This document shows, piece by piece, positions 9,955 through 19,128 of a stretch of 33,567 nucleotides of DNA; positions within the stretch are counted from its first letter, which is position 1; each line of letters starts with the position of its first letter. The stretch covers positions 25,452-59,018 of the forward strand of contig JBBDTI010000011.1 in NCBI GenBank assembly GCA_040904565.1, read 5' to 3'. Position numbers and translations under genes: made by a program. The notes beneath the pieces were generated by a model that was not told the DNA's origin, did not search any database, and saw nothing but the letters and a program-made list of their open reading frames with translations. The stretch comes from Rhodothermales bacterium (lineage in GTDB: Bacteria > Bacteroidota > Rhodothermia > Rhodothermales > VXPQ01).

Positions 9955-10045
9955 ACGAATCAACAGATAGCTTGCATTGGAGGGATACCGTTGGACGCTG
10001 ACCTACACGCCTCCGTGAACACATCAGGACTGCGTGCAATACTTC

Positions 10046-10978
10046 TTACGAAGACAGATAGGCCGGTGACAGATCGTCGCGAACCGCCACCAGGGCGTCG
10101 CGAAGCTCCTTGATCCCGTCAATTTCAGCATCGTCCGGGCCGTATTCTATGCCGCAGAAGCCGCGGTACCCCGCATCGAGAACGATGCGCATCATCCGAT
10201 GCAGATCGAGCTCGTGCCGCGTACCGTCCGCGTCGTACCCCATGGGCTTGACGCTCACGCCCTTTGCAAACGCCATCATCTGTTCCGTACCGCGATACGA
10301 ATCGTACGTCTCGTCGTCGTCGATCCGAAAATTGCCGAAATCCGGCAGCGTGCCGATACGCGGATGGTCGGCCGTTTCCATAACGTCGACGACCCAATTG
10401 GCGTTGCTGGAAAACCCGCCGTGATTCTCGATCATGACATTAATGTCATGATCGTCCGCAAACTCAACGAGCCGCGAAAAACCGTCGGCTACGAGACGTA
10501 CCTGTTCCTCGTAGCTCCCTTCGCTGTATCCATTTACGCGGATCGAATGACATCCGAGGGATTTCGCCGCCTCGACCCACTTGTAATGATTCTCGACGGC
10601 CTCGATGCGCGCAGCCTCGTCGGGATCGCCCAGCCGGCCTTCCCGATCGCACATGATAAGGACGCTGCGTACGCCTTCGCCGTCGGCCCGCTTCTTCATC
10701 TCGCGGAGATAGGCCCGATCCTCCGCCCTGTCCATAAAGAACTGATTGACGTACTCGACGCCATCTATTCCGAGGTCGGCCGCGATGCGTGGAAATTCGA
10801 GATGATTGATTCGCCCGGCGAACAGCGGCCCGTTCAGGGACCACTCCGCGAGGGAAATCTTGAAGAGCGGCTCATTCGTTACGGAGGCGGCGCGCAGCGT
10901 ACCACCGACGGCGGAGGCACCTACCGCCAGCAGGCTGCTCTTTTTCAGAAAGGATCGACGGCTCAGGAAATCTGGCAT
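10046..10978 (-). CDS. Tat-exported sugar phosphate isomerase/epimerase (AP-endonuclease-2-like TIM barrel)
   Basis: Start re-called at ATG 10978 (MPDFLSRRSFLKK). Motifs FKISLAEWS, GCHSIRVN, and metal-ligand segments ENHGG, LPDFGN, GIEY. Confidence 0.9.
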   Translation of the reverse strand: MPDFLSRRSFLKKSSLLAVGASAVGGTLRAASVTNEPLFKISLAEWSLNGPLFAGRINHLEFPRIAADLGIDGVEYVNQFFMDRAEDRAYLREMKKRADGEGVRSVLIMCDREGRLGDPDEAARIEAVENHYKWVEAAKSLGCHSIRVNGYSEGSYEEQVRLVADGFSRLVEFADDHDINVMIENHGGFSSNANWVVDVMETADHPRIGTLPDFGNFRIDDDETYDSYRGTEQMMAFAKGVSVKPMGYDADGTRHELDLHRMMRIVLDAGYRGFCGIEYGPDDAEIDGIKELRDALVAVRDDLSPAYLSS

Positions 10979-11024
10979 GGCGGATGGTTCGATGGTGTAT
11001 GGTTGAAGTTCGCCGGGTAGCGTG

Positions 11025-12464
11025 TTAGTTCGCCGACGCGGTGCTCGGATTCGCTCCCCGGATCTCCATATCGACCGGATTCCACGCATAGGCGCGGTCG
11101 TCGCGATAGCTGTGGTTTGCCAGGATGGCCGCGGCTGCGGCGCGATAACCGAAAGTCACGTCCTGGACGATGGGTCCGCCCATCCGCATCGCATCGAAAA
11201 AGCGCGTGTACTGGTCGAAGGTGGAGCTGTAGCCTTCCGGCGCCTGATATTCGATCGATGCGCCGGACTGTGATCCCGGACGCAGCGCTTCGTTCTGGTA
11301 TTTCAGGTAGTCCTCTATAAAGGCGTCCTGCTGCGCCTGGGAAAAGGTTCTCAGCGACGGCCATCCGCGCATCTCGTCGGGGGACGGTTGATCTCCGCCG
11401 CGCCGGCTCGTCAGCATCACGTTGTTGCCCTGCACGTGCATCGTACCCTCCGTACCGATGAGTCGGAAATACGACTCCGAATCGCCGGCCGCGAAGTTGA
11501 CCTTCATCGACATCGAGAAGGCCGGATGCGACGCCGTCTCCGGATAGTCGTACAGCGCAAGCATTACGTCGGGTGCCTCCCGGCCGTCGTTCCAGTGATA
11601 GACCCCGCCCATCGCCATGGCCTGGGTCGGCCCGAGGCCGTCGATGATGCGGTGCAGCGCAGAAAAGCGGTGTACGAACAGATCGCCGGCGACACCCGTG
11701 CCGTAATCCCAGTACTTCCGCCAGCGGAAGAATCGGTCCAGGTCGAAAGCGCGATCGGGTGCGTCCCCAAGAAACATGTCCCAGTCGATCGTTTCCGGTG
11801 AGGCGTCGGGTGGGATGGCGTACTGCCAGGCACCGATCGCCGAATTGCGGGCGATAAGGGCGTCGACCATGTTGAGTTCGCCGATCGCACCGGACTGAAA
11901 GAGCTCGCGCGCCTTTCGCGTCCCGATAGACGTGACCGATTCGCTACCCGCCTGAAGGATCTGGCCCGTTTCCTCCTGCGCGGCGATCATCCGGTGGCCT
12001 TCATCCAGATCCTGCACCATCGGCTTCTCGACGTGCACGGCCTTCCCAGCCCTCATCGCGTCGACCGCGATGCGCTCGTGCCAGTGGTCGGGAGTGTGGA
12101 TGAAAACTGCGTCGATGTCGTCCCGTTCAAGCAGTTCGCGGTAGTCGCGCGTCGTATCGACGTGATCGCCGAATATTTCCCGAGTGCGCGTCAGGCGCCC
12201 CTCATAGCAATCCGCCGCCGCCACCAGTTCGACGCCCGGAACGCGGAGCATGCTCGGCAAATTGTAGAACGCGATGATCCCCATCCCGATCGACGCCACG
12301 CGAATAGTGTCGTTCGGTGAGACCGGTTTGGTCTGCCTCGACGGCAATTCGAGTATTTCCGACCTGGAGGGCCGCACGAACGGCGCGCTCGCCGCCGTCG
12401 CTACCGAAGCGGCCGCCAGTTTCTTTAGAAAGGAGCGTCGTGAGGCGCTGCGTGAGTCCGCCAT
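11025..12464 (-). CDS. Tat-exported Gfo/Idh/MocA-family NAD(P)-dependent oxidoreductase
   Basis: SRRSFLKK Tat signal; DAVFIHTPDHWH, EKPM, WRKYWDYGTGVAGDLFVH. Confidence 0.92.
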   Translation of the reverse strand: MADSRSASRRSFLKKLAAASVATAASAPFVRPSRSEILELPSRQTKPVSPNDTIRVASIGMGIIAFYNLPSMLRVPGVELVAAADCYEGRLTRTREIFGDHVDTTRDYRELLERDDIDAVFIHTPDHWHERIAVDAMRAGKAVHVEKPMVQDLDEGHRMIAAQEETGQILQAGSESVTSIGTRKARELFQSGAIGELNMVDALIARNSAIGAWQYAIPPDASPETIDWDMFLGDAPDRAFDLDRFFRWRKYWDYGTGVAGDLFVHRFSALHRIIDGLGPTQAMAMGGVYHWNDGREAPDVMLALYDYPETASHPAFSMSMKVNFAAGDSESYFRLIGTEGTMHVQGNNVMLTSRRGGDQPSPDEMRGWPSLRTFSQAQQDAFIEDYLKYQNEALRPGSQSGASIEYQAPEGYSSTFDQYTRFFDAMRMGGPIVQDVTFGYRAAAAAILANHSYRDDRAYAWNPVDMEIRGANPSTASAN

Positions 12465-12640
12465 GAGGTACCGAGGCCTGTGAGGTGATCTCGTCGTATG
12501 AACCGATCCGGCTCGGCGACAGCAAGCCTGTCACTCGACCCGACCTTCAAGCTAAGCAATCCGATGAAGAAAAGTTGAACGCGACGACGGTCATATTCCC
12601 GGACCCGACGCGCGCACCTGCCCAGAGTCAGAGGGGACTC

Positions 12641-15600
12641 CTACGGCCGTTTCATAATCCCCGGCCCTACGAATTCCAGCCGATCGACGTCCAGCACCGT
12701 GCCGTTCGCCGGGGAACGCACGACGTGGAGATACAGCGCTTCGGTCGGGCCTGAGACGGACACTCGTACGTCGCGCCATCCGCGGTACGTGTCCCTTACG
12801 CCCTCCGGCAGAGCGTCGATATAGTCGGCATACAGTACGCCCGCTGACACCGCCCCGCCCGCCTCATCCCCGGCGGGGTCTCCGGCCGTCGAATCGATCT
12901 CTACCGTGGAGAGCAGGCGCCCTTCCGGACCATCCGCCCTGATCTCGACCGTTCCCCCCGGCATCGGCTTGACGCGAAGTACGATCTTGTCTATACCGGT
13001 CAGGTTCAACGGCGTAAAATGCAGGGTACCGCCCGGTTCCATCCGCATTACCGTCAGCGCCGCATCCGCAAAGTCCGGCTCGGCCGGATGCTTTCCGAAC
13101 GTGTGCCTCTCGGCATCGGTGAGATCCGACGCGTGCTCCGCCTCTAGGATGCGGGGGCGAAGCACCACGCGGTCCAGCACGGCATCCGTATCGGCATCGC
13201 CTGCGCCTGCGACGTCGCCCGTACCGCCTTCTTCGTTCGTACCTGCGTCTTCGTCCGTAGCTGCGATCCGTGCTTCCACGACGGCGTAGCGATCGACGTA
13301 GTGAATGTCGGGCACGTGGGACGGTGTACGCGTAACCACCACGTCGCCGCTCAATCCGGAGACCGGATCGAGCCGGTGCTCGTGCGTGTCGTGCCCGGAA
13401 TAGGGCACGACGTGGACGGCGTCGGACTCACCCTCCACCGCGTACGGGATCGGTTCGTCGTAATCGAAAATGCCGCCGTTCGGGGGCCAGACAAAGTGGG
13501 TTGATGCTGTGTCGCCCCCACGTGACGCGTCGGTACGCGACCTTTGCAGGCTGGACGGCGCCGTAACGATCGACGGCTCTTCGCTCAGCACGGCGAACCC
13601 TTCCGGTGGGCTCGCAGGCGGCCCATCGGCTCCGAAATAATCGATACGAACGACCTGCGCGTCGGCGTTGCTTCCCCAGAACGACTCCCCCCACTCAGCG
13701 ACGTACACGCGCCCATCCGGACCGATTTCCATGTCGCCCGGCCGGCTGAATGTCATGCCCGGCAGAAACGGGTTGATCTCCAGCACGTCGCCGTTCTCGT
13801 CGAATTTAACCTCCTGGATCCAGTTGCGCATCCACTCATAGATGAAGAACGATCCATCGTAGTACTCGGGCAGCGCATGCGGCGACGCCGTCGAGGCATC
13901 GTACCGATACACCGGCCCGCCCATGGCCGACATTCCGCCGGTACCGAGCTCGGGGTGCTGCTCGGAGGGCCCGTACGTGTACCAGATCGTGGCCGGCTGC
14001 GCCGGAGGAAGCATGCGATCGCCCGTATTGTTGACGGACTCATTGATGGGATGCTCGGGATCGAAGAACGGACCCGGCGTTTCGGTTGCGTAGTCGAAGT
14101 CCCGGTACGCGTCGTTCGGTCCGGCGAAGTACGGCCATCCGTAAAATCCCGGCTCGCGGGCCTGATTGAACTCCTCCCAGCCCCATGGGCCGCGCGTTTC
14201 GCTCGGAGCGTTCCCGATCCCCACGTCGCCCCAGTACAGCCAGCCTGTTTCAGCATCTACCGAGATGCGGTACGGATTTCGGTGTCCCATCGTATAGATC
14301 TCGGGCCGATGCAGCGAGTCCGCCTCGAACAAGTTGCCGTCGGGTATCTCGTACGTGCCGTCCGGCAGCGGCCGAATGCGGAGGATCTTCCCACGAAGAT
14401 CGTTCGTGTTGGCGGACGACCGCTGGGCGTCGCCGTCTGAAAATCCGGGCCGCTCATCCATCGCCGAGCCACCGAGCGGATAGGGGTTCGTGTTGTCTCC
14501 CGTCGAGAGAAAAAGGTTACCTTCCGGACCGAACTCGAGCGAGCCGCCGCTGTGGCAGCACTCGCGCTGCTGCGTCTCGATCTCAAGTAGTACCTTCTCC
14601 GTCGCCGGGTCGAGTCGTCCTCCGTCGAACGTCCACCGGGCCAGGCGCTGCGGCCCACCGTCGGCGGGCGCGTAGTAGATATACATCCACCCGTTCTCCT
14701 CGAAATCAGGATCGAGAGTCAGACCGAGCAAGCCGTCCTCGATCGTCATGCGAACGGGCACGAATCCAACCATTTCCGTACGGCGCGTCTCCGGATCCCA
14801 CATCATAACAGGCCCGGAGCGTTCGCCAAGAAAGACCCGCCCGCGCCGATCGATCCCGATCTCGACCGGGTCGGTAACGTCAGGCATCAGGACGGTCTTC
14901 CGGTAGCTCGATGTCATCGTCGCGGCGGCATCCCCACCTTCAACGCCGGCGGCCCACGCAATTCCCCCGAGGAGATGGTCCAGAAAGGCCGGATCGTCAT
15001 ATCCTTCGACGGTATGACCGAGGCCTGTATACCACGATCGGCCGCCGTCAAATTCATGGGCCCACGCTATCGGATGGTCCGCTCCCATCGTACCGCCCTC
15101 GTAGGATTTTTCCTCCAGTACGGCGAGCACGTGAACGTCGTCTCTCGGATTGGTTCGGAAATTATACCACTCGTCGAACCGCTCCCACGCTCGCGGGAGG
15201 CCGGCCGTCGACGGATGCGACGGATCGAGCACGTCCACCGTTGCCTGTTGAGGCACGGGATGATTGTCGAAGAAGGCGCCGACGAGATCGCCGTACCAGG
15301 ACCAGTCGTACTCCGTGGCGGCCGCGCCATGGATGCCTGCGAAGCCCCCTCCACTGCGCACGTATGCTTCCAGGCCTGCCTGCTGGTCGTCATCGAGTAC
15401 GTCGCCCGACGTGTTCAGAAATACTACGACGTCGTACGAGGCGAGGCGGTCCGACGTAAAGACGGAAGGATCCTCGGTGGCCTCGACGGCAAAATCGTGT
15501 GCCGCACCCAGCCTTCGAATGGTTTCCACACCGGCTTCGATGGACTCATGCCGAAAACCCGCCGTCCCGGAAAACACGAGGACGTCAAACCGCGGCACGG

Positions 15601-15709
15601 TCGTTGCCGCCACATCACGACCGGCAGCGCCGGCTTTGACGCCGCCTGTCGATAGAGACGCCGCCGACACGAAGACCAGCAGCAGCATCACTGCACAGAC
15701 GTGTTGCAT
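12641..15709 (-). CDS. Secreted multidomain protein: ThuA-like domain + glucose/sorbosone (PQQ-type) dehydrogenase propeller + C-terminal CBM6-like domain
   Basis: Signal peptide; ThuA motifs VLVFSGTAGFRHESI, GGGFAGIHGA, DEWYNF, GRSWYTGLGH; GSDH motifs ECCHSGGSLEFGPEGNLFLSTGD, DLRGKILRI, EIYTMGHRNP; C-terminal EAEH...GTVEIRADGPEGRLL...VDRLEF. ATG 15709 preferred over GTG 15736. Confidence 0.85.
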   Translation of the reverse strand: MQHVCAVMLLLVFVSAASLSTGGVKAGAAGRDVAATTVPRFDVLVFSGTAGFRHESIEAGVETIRRLGAAHDFAVEATEDPSVFTSDRLASYDVVVFLNTSGDVLDDDQQAGLEAYVRSGGGFAGIHGAAATEYDWSWYGDLVGAFFDNHPVPQQATVDVLDPSHPSTAGLPRAWERFDEWYNFRTNPRDDVHVLAVLEEKSYEGGTMGADHPIAWAHEFDGGRSWYTGLGHTVEGYDDPAFLDHLLGGIAWAAGVEGGDAAATMTSSYRKTVLMPDVTDPVEIGIDRRGRVFLGERSGPVMMWDPETRRTEMVGFVPVRMTIEDGLLGLTLDPDFEENGWMYIYYAPADGGPQRLARWTFDGGRLDPATEKVLLEIETQQRECCHSGGSLEFGPEGNLFLSTGDNTNPYPLGGSAMDERPGFSDGDAQRSSANTNDLRGKILRIRPLPDGTYEIPDGNLFEADSLHRPEIYTMGHRNPYRISVDAETGWLYWGDVGIGNAPSETRGPWGWEEFNQAREPGFYGWPYFAGPNDAYRDFDYATETPGPFFDPEHPINESVNNTGDRMLPPAQPATIWYTYGPSEQHPELGTGGMSAMGGPVYRYDASTASPHALPEYYDGSFFIYEWMRNWIQEVKFDENGDVLEINPFLPGMTFSRPGDMEIGPDGRVYVAEWGESFWGSNADAQVVRIDYFGADGPPASPPEGFAVLSEEPSIVTAPSSLQRSRTDASRGGDTASTHFVWPPNGGIFDYDEPIPYAVEGESDAVHVVPYSGHDTHEHRLDPVSGLSGDVVVTRTPSHVPDIHYVDRYAVVEARIAATDEDAGTNEEGGTGDVAGAGDADTDAVLDRVVLRPRILEAEHASDLTDAERHTFGKHPAEPDFADAALTVMRMEPGGTLHFTPLNLTGIDKIVLRVKPMPGGTVEIRADGPEGRLLSTVEIDSTAGDPAGDEAGGAVSAGVLYADYIDALPEGVRDTYRGWRDVRVSVSGPTEALYLHVVRSPANGTVLDVDRLEFVGPGIMKRP

Positions 15710-15722
15710 AAAACCAGGGGGT

Positions 15723-15808
15723 GCGTATTTAATCACGGGAAGCGTATTTAATTGCGGAGATCATATTCAATCACGGAAAGCATATGCAACCACGGAGAAT
15801 ATATTCTC
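15723..15808. repeat. Degenerate 19-bp tandem array (4 copies + partial) ending in a perfect 14-bp palindrome
   Basis: GCGTATTTAATCACGGGAA / GCGTATTTAATTGCGGAGA / TCATATTCAATCACGGAAA / GCATATGCAACCACGGAGA at 15723, 15742, 15761 and 15780; GAGAATATATTCTC at 15795-15808. Confidence 0.8.
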
Positions 15809-15814
15809 GCATTT

Positions 15815-16756
15815 CTACTGGTCTTCAGGTGCTCTGAATCCTGCCCGTACGACGGCCGTATCGGGTGGCGCCCACTGCCTGCTGAGCCGATAGCCTGCAC
15901 CGACAAATCCGAATCCATCCGTGACGTTCTCCATTACACCCGGTTGAACGATCAGTTCGGCATCGAACTGTCCGTTCGGTGGATTCCAGGCCTCGTTAGC
16001 GACGATCAATCGAGCCGTGACGTTCAGCAGGATCACACCCACTCTCGAATCAAGCGGCGCGTCCTCCAGATCCTCTGCGATCTGACCTCGGATATCGTCG
16101 AAGGCGGCCGTAAGATCGATGGGAACGCGCCATCCTTCCTGGACCGGGTGCGGCTCGGAATAGTATGGAACGCTAAAGGAATTTGTCAAAATCTCCGGTG
16201 CGCCGGCAGGAAGATAGGACACCGCGAAGACGGCTTCCGCAGCCACGACCCGGGGGATATCGCCCGGTACGAGCACGGGCAGCACGACCTCATTGGTCCG
16301 AATACGCGGCGCTTCGACTACAATCTCGGACATCATAGGCACGGTAACCTCAACGCTCGATTCGGCGCCGTCGGAGCGCCGGGCTACGATCCGGTACGTA
16401 TGCTCGTGCTCGGCCGTCAGGGGAGACCAGAAAACGTGTGCGTACTGACCTGCAAAATCGGCGATAATCGAATCTCGCATCGTACTCGATTCGCCGGTCG
16501 TCCGATTCGTCACCGTGAGATCGGCATCCAGCGGCTCGGGACTCGCGGGTGTTAGCCGGCCTTCAATCGGGAAAACCCGTACCCACTGTGTATCGAGCTG
16601 GGGAGAGACCACGCCATAAAGCGAATACGCCAGATCCGTACCCGTTACGGCCGTAACATCTTCCTCACACGCCGACAGCCCGACAATGCAGGCCAACCCC
16701 ATCAGTAGTACGGCGGCCCGCCGCACGGAGACAATCAAGGAATGAATGGGATGCAT
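15815..16756 (-). CDS. Lipoprotein partner of the TonB receptor, DUF4249-like
   Basis: Lipobox LSAC-EE; N-terminal YSLYGVVSPQLDTQWVRV and C-terminal ENVTDGFGFVGA resemble DUF4249 lipoproteins; lies 15 bp downstream of the receptor gene. Confidence 0.65.
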   Translation of the reverse strand: MHPIHSLIVSVRRAAVLLMGLACIVGLSACEEDVTAVTGTDLAYSLYGVVSPQLDTQWVRVFPIEGRLTPASPEPLDADLTVTNRTTGESSTMRDSIIADFAGQYAHVFWSPLTAEHEHTYRIVARRSDGAESSVEVTVPMMSEIVVEAPRIRTNEVVLPVLVPGDIPRVVAAEAVFAVSYLPAGAPEILTNSFSVPYYSEPHPVQEGWRVPIDLTAAFDDIRGQIAEDLEDAPLDSRVGVILLNVTARLIVANEAWNPPNGQFDAELIVQPGVMENVTDGFGFVGAGYRLSRQWAPPDTAVVRAGFRAPEDQ

Positions 16757-16771
16757 AGCGAAACTGGAGGA

Positions 16772-19096
16772 TCAGTCGTAAGATATCTTCAGACCGAAGG
16801 CGGGAACGAGGGGCAGCTGGTCGACACGCTCTTGTGTAAATACGTCGAGATAAAAGATGTTGCGACGATCGTACACGTTGATGACGCTGCCCTGTATGGC
16901 CAAATTGACCGCCCCAAGGTCGAAGGCGCGTTCAACGGAGACATCCATGCGGTGATAGGTCGGGAGCACGGCATTGAAGGGACGTTCGTAGATCACGCGC
17001 CGGGTGCCGGGTACGTCGACGGCTTTCCTAACGTCGTCGACGAGTACGAACCCGTCAAATCCGACCGCCTGGCTGAAGGGCAGCCCGGAGCCGAAATCCC
17101 ACCGAGCACTGACGTCGAACCCCAGTACGCTCGCACTCATCAGCACATTGACCTGATGCCGCCGATCGTGTGGTGGCCGAAAGTTCAGGCTCTCCTCCCC
17201 ATACCACAGTTGAATGGCGGCATCTTCCGCAGCATAGCGAGTCGATGAGAGGCCGTAGTTAATGTATCCATAAAAGCGCTGCGTACGCAGTTCCACGCGC
17301 GTATCGGCGCCGACCGACGTACCGCTGGCCGGCTGGAGTTTCGAGGTTAACTGCGGAAAAGCCGTCCAGTCTGAGATGAACAGGTTTGCAAGGTTCTTAT
17401 AGTACCCCTCAACGGAGAGCTCCAGCCACCGCGTCGGGGTCGCACGATAACCCAGGATGCCGTGATAGGCGCGCTGCGGACTTCCCTGAAGCACATTGAG
17501 AATATTTGGGTTGCTCTTCGGCACGTTGGCCCACACGGTAAACACGCTCGCCGCGTCGCGGCGATCGCTGATACCGAGTATTTCCTGGTGATAGAGTCCA
17601 CCCGCCATGCTAACTTCGTGAACGCCGCGCTGCCAGACGGCGCTGACTCTCGGCTCGAGATACGGATCGAAACGGACCTTATAAAATTGTGCGCGGATGC
17701 CGGGTCGTATTCGCAGTCCGTTTCCCACGTCGAAGTCGAAGTGCAGGTAGCTGCCCCATTGAGGTACGGTTGCAAACCTTAACTCGACGTTCTGATAGAG
17801 TCCGCCAAGCTGGCTATTCAGGCTGCTTACGCGGAGTTCACTGCCGGCTCTCACATCCAGACCGTCGCCAAAGTAGGTAGAATTGAGCGCCACATGTGTG
17901 TTCTTGATATACGCCTCTCGCAGCGGGTCTTCTCGCGGGCCGATCTCTGATTCGAAGCTCGAATGAGATACGTGCAGCTCGGCAAGAACCGCGAAAAACC
18001 GCGGCAGCATCATAAGCCGGAGACCGATCGCCTGATTGCGCCAGCCAACCTCATCTCCCGGCTCCTGCCTATTGCCCGTAAGCACGCCCCGATCGTGCGT
18101 TTGGAGTCCCGTAACGGAGGCTCGAATATGGTTAGTGAGAATACCGTGAACCTTAGCAAAGCGGTCTCCAAACGTGAAAGGAAGGTCGGCATCCACATAA
18201 CGGCCTGCGCCTCTATCGATGTTGGACTCCCGAACGGACGCGATGAACGATATCCGGTCGTTCCAGAGGGGCCCTTCCAGATGCACGGAGTTCAGAAACG
18301 ACGATGCGGATCCGGAACCCGTAAACTCCCGCATATTCCCGTTACGGGATGCGACATCGATTACGGAAGAAATCTTCCCGCCGAACCGGCTGCCGAAGCC
18401 ACCCGCGTAAATGTCGACACGGTTGATATTATCCGCTGGGAAGGCGGAATAGAAGCCCATGATGTGAAAGGGCTGATAGAGCAGGATGCCGTCGAGCTGT
18501 ACCAGATTCTGAGAAGGTTCACCCCCGCGGATGAACAGCTGTCCGCCCCGATCTCCCGTCGTGACGATCCCCGGCTGTGTCGTGAGATAGGTGGCCAGGT
18601 CGCCGGACACATCCGGTCCCGGCACGCGGTCGATGTCCGCCGGCCGTACGGTCTGTTGCCCCGCCGTAACGCGCGCGGCACCGGCCGTCCGTTCCGACTC
18701 GACGAGCACTTCGTCGAGCTCTTCGTCGGCCGGCGAAAGGGCCACGTTGTAGTTGAGGTTTTCACCTGCTTCCAGTTCCAGCGTGTCGATGTGCGTTTCA
18801 TATCCGATGAAGGATATCTCGATCCGATAGACGGCGGGGGTCAATCCGCTCATCAGATAAAGCCCGTCTTCATTCGTCGCGGCGCCGCGTACGAACTCCC
18901 CTTCCGTCGAAAGCGCGGCGTTGACGAACTCGAGCGGTCGACCATCCACTTCATCGGTCACAAACCCATTGATCGAGGCGGACTGCGCATAGACGGCCAC
19001 CGGTAAAGCGGCCGCCAGGAACATCGCAAGCAGGACGATCCACCGGGCACATCTGCCACGCAGGGGGCCGAAAGAATACCTGGAAGGTCGGTCCAT
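16772..19096 (-). CDS. TonB-dependent receptor with N-terminal carboxypeptidase-regulatory-like domain
   Basis: Signal peptide; INGFVTDEVDGRPLEFVN...SFIGYE domain; plug IRGGEPSQNLVQLDG and GGFGSRFGGKISSVIDV; barrel end LPTYHRMDVS...NVYDRRN...FGLKISYD. Confidence 0.92.
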   Translation of the reverse strand: MDRPSRYSFGPLRGRCARWIVLLAMFLAAALPVAVYAQSASINGFVTDEVDGRPLEFVNAALSTEGEFVRGAATNEDGLYLMSGLTPAVYRIEISFIGYETHIDTLELEAGENLNYNVALSPADEELDEVLVESERTAGAARVTAGQQTVRPADIDRVPGPDVSGDLATYLTTQPGIVTTGDRGGQLFIRGGEPSQNLVQLDGILLYQPFHIMGFYSAFPADNINRVDIYAGGFGSRFGGKISSVIDVASRNGNMREFTGSGSASSFLNSVHLEGPLWNDRISFIASVRESNIDRGAGRYVDADLPFTFGDRFAKVHGILTNHIRASVTGLQTHDRGVLTGNRQEPGDEVGWRNQAIGLRLMMLPRFFAVLAELHVSHSSFESEIGPREDPLREAYIKNTHVALNSTYFGDGLDVRAGSELRVSSLNSQLGGLYQNVELRFATVPQWGSYLHFDFDVGNGLRIRPGIRAQFYKVRFDPYLEPRVSAVWQRGVHEVSMAGGLYHQEILGISDRRDAASVFTVWANVPKSNPNILNVLQGSPQRAYHGILGYRATPTRWLELSVEGYYKNLANLFISDWTAFPQLTSKLQPASGTSVGADTRVELRTQRFYGYINYGLSSTRYAAEDAAIQLWYGEESLNFRPPHDRRHQVNVLMSASVLGFDVSARWDFGSGLPFSQAVGFDGFVLVDDVRKAVDVPGTRRVIYERPFNAVLPTYHRMDVSVERAFDLGAVNLAIQGSVINVYDRRNIFYLDVFTQERVDQLPLVPAFGLKISYD

Positions 19097-19128
19097 GATG
19101 AGACTTCGCCGGTTGCTGCCCGGATCCG

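Noticed and set aside
15723-15808. 19-bp array as a CRISPR array or plasmid iterons
   Set aside because: The units are contiguous and degenerate with no unique spacers, and no cas or rep gene is nearby.
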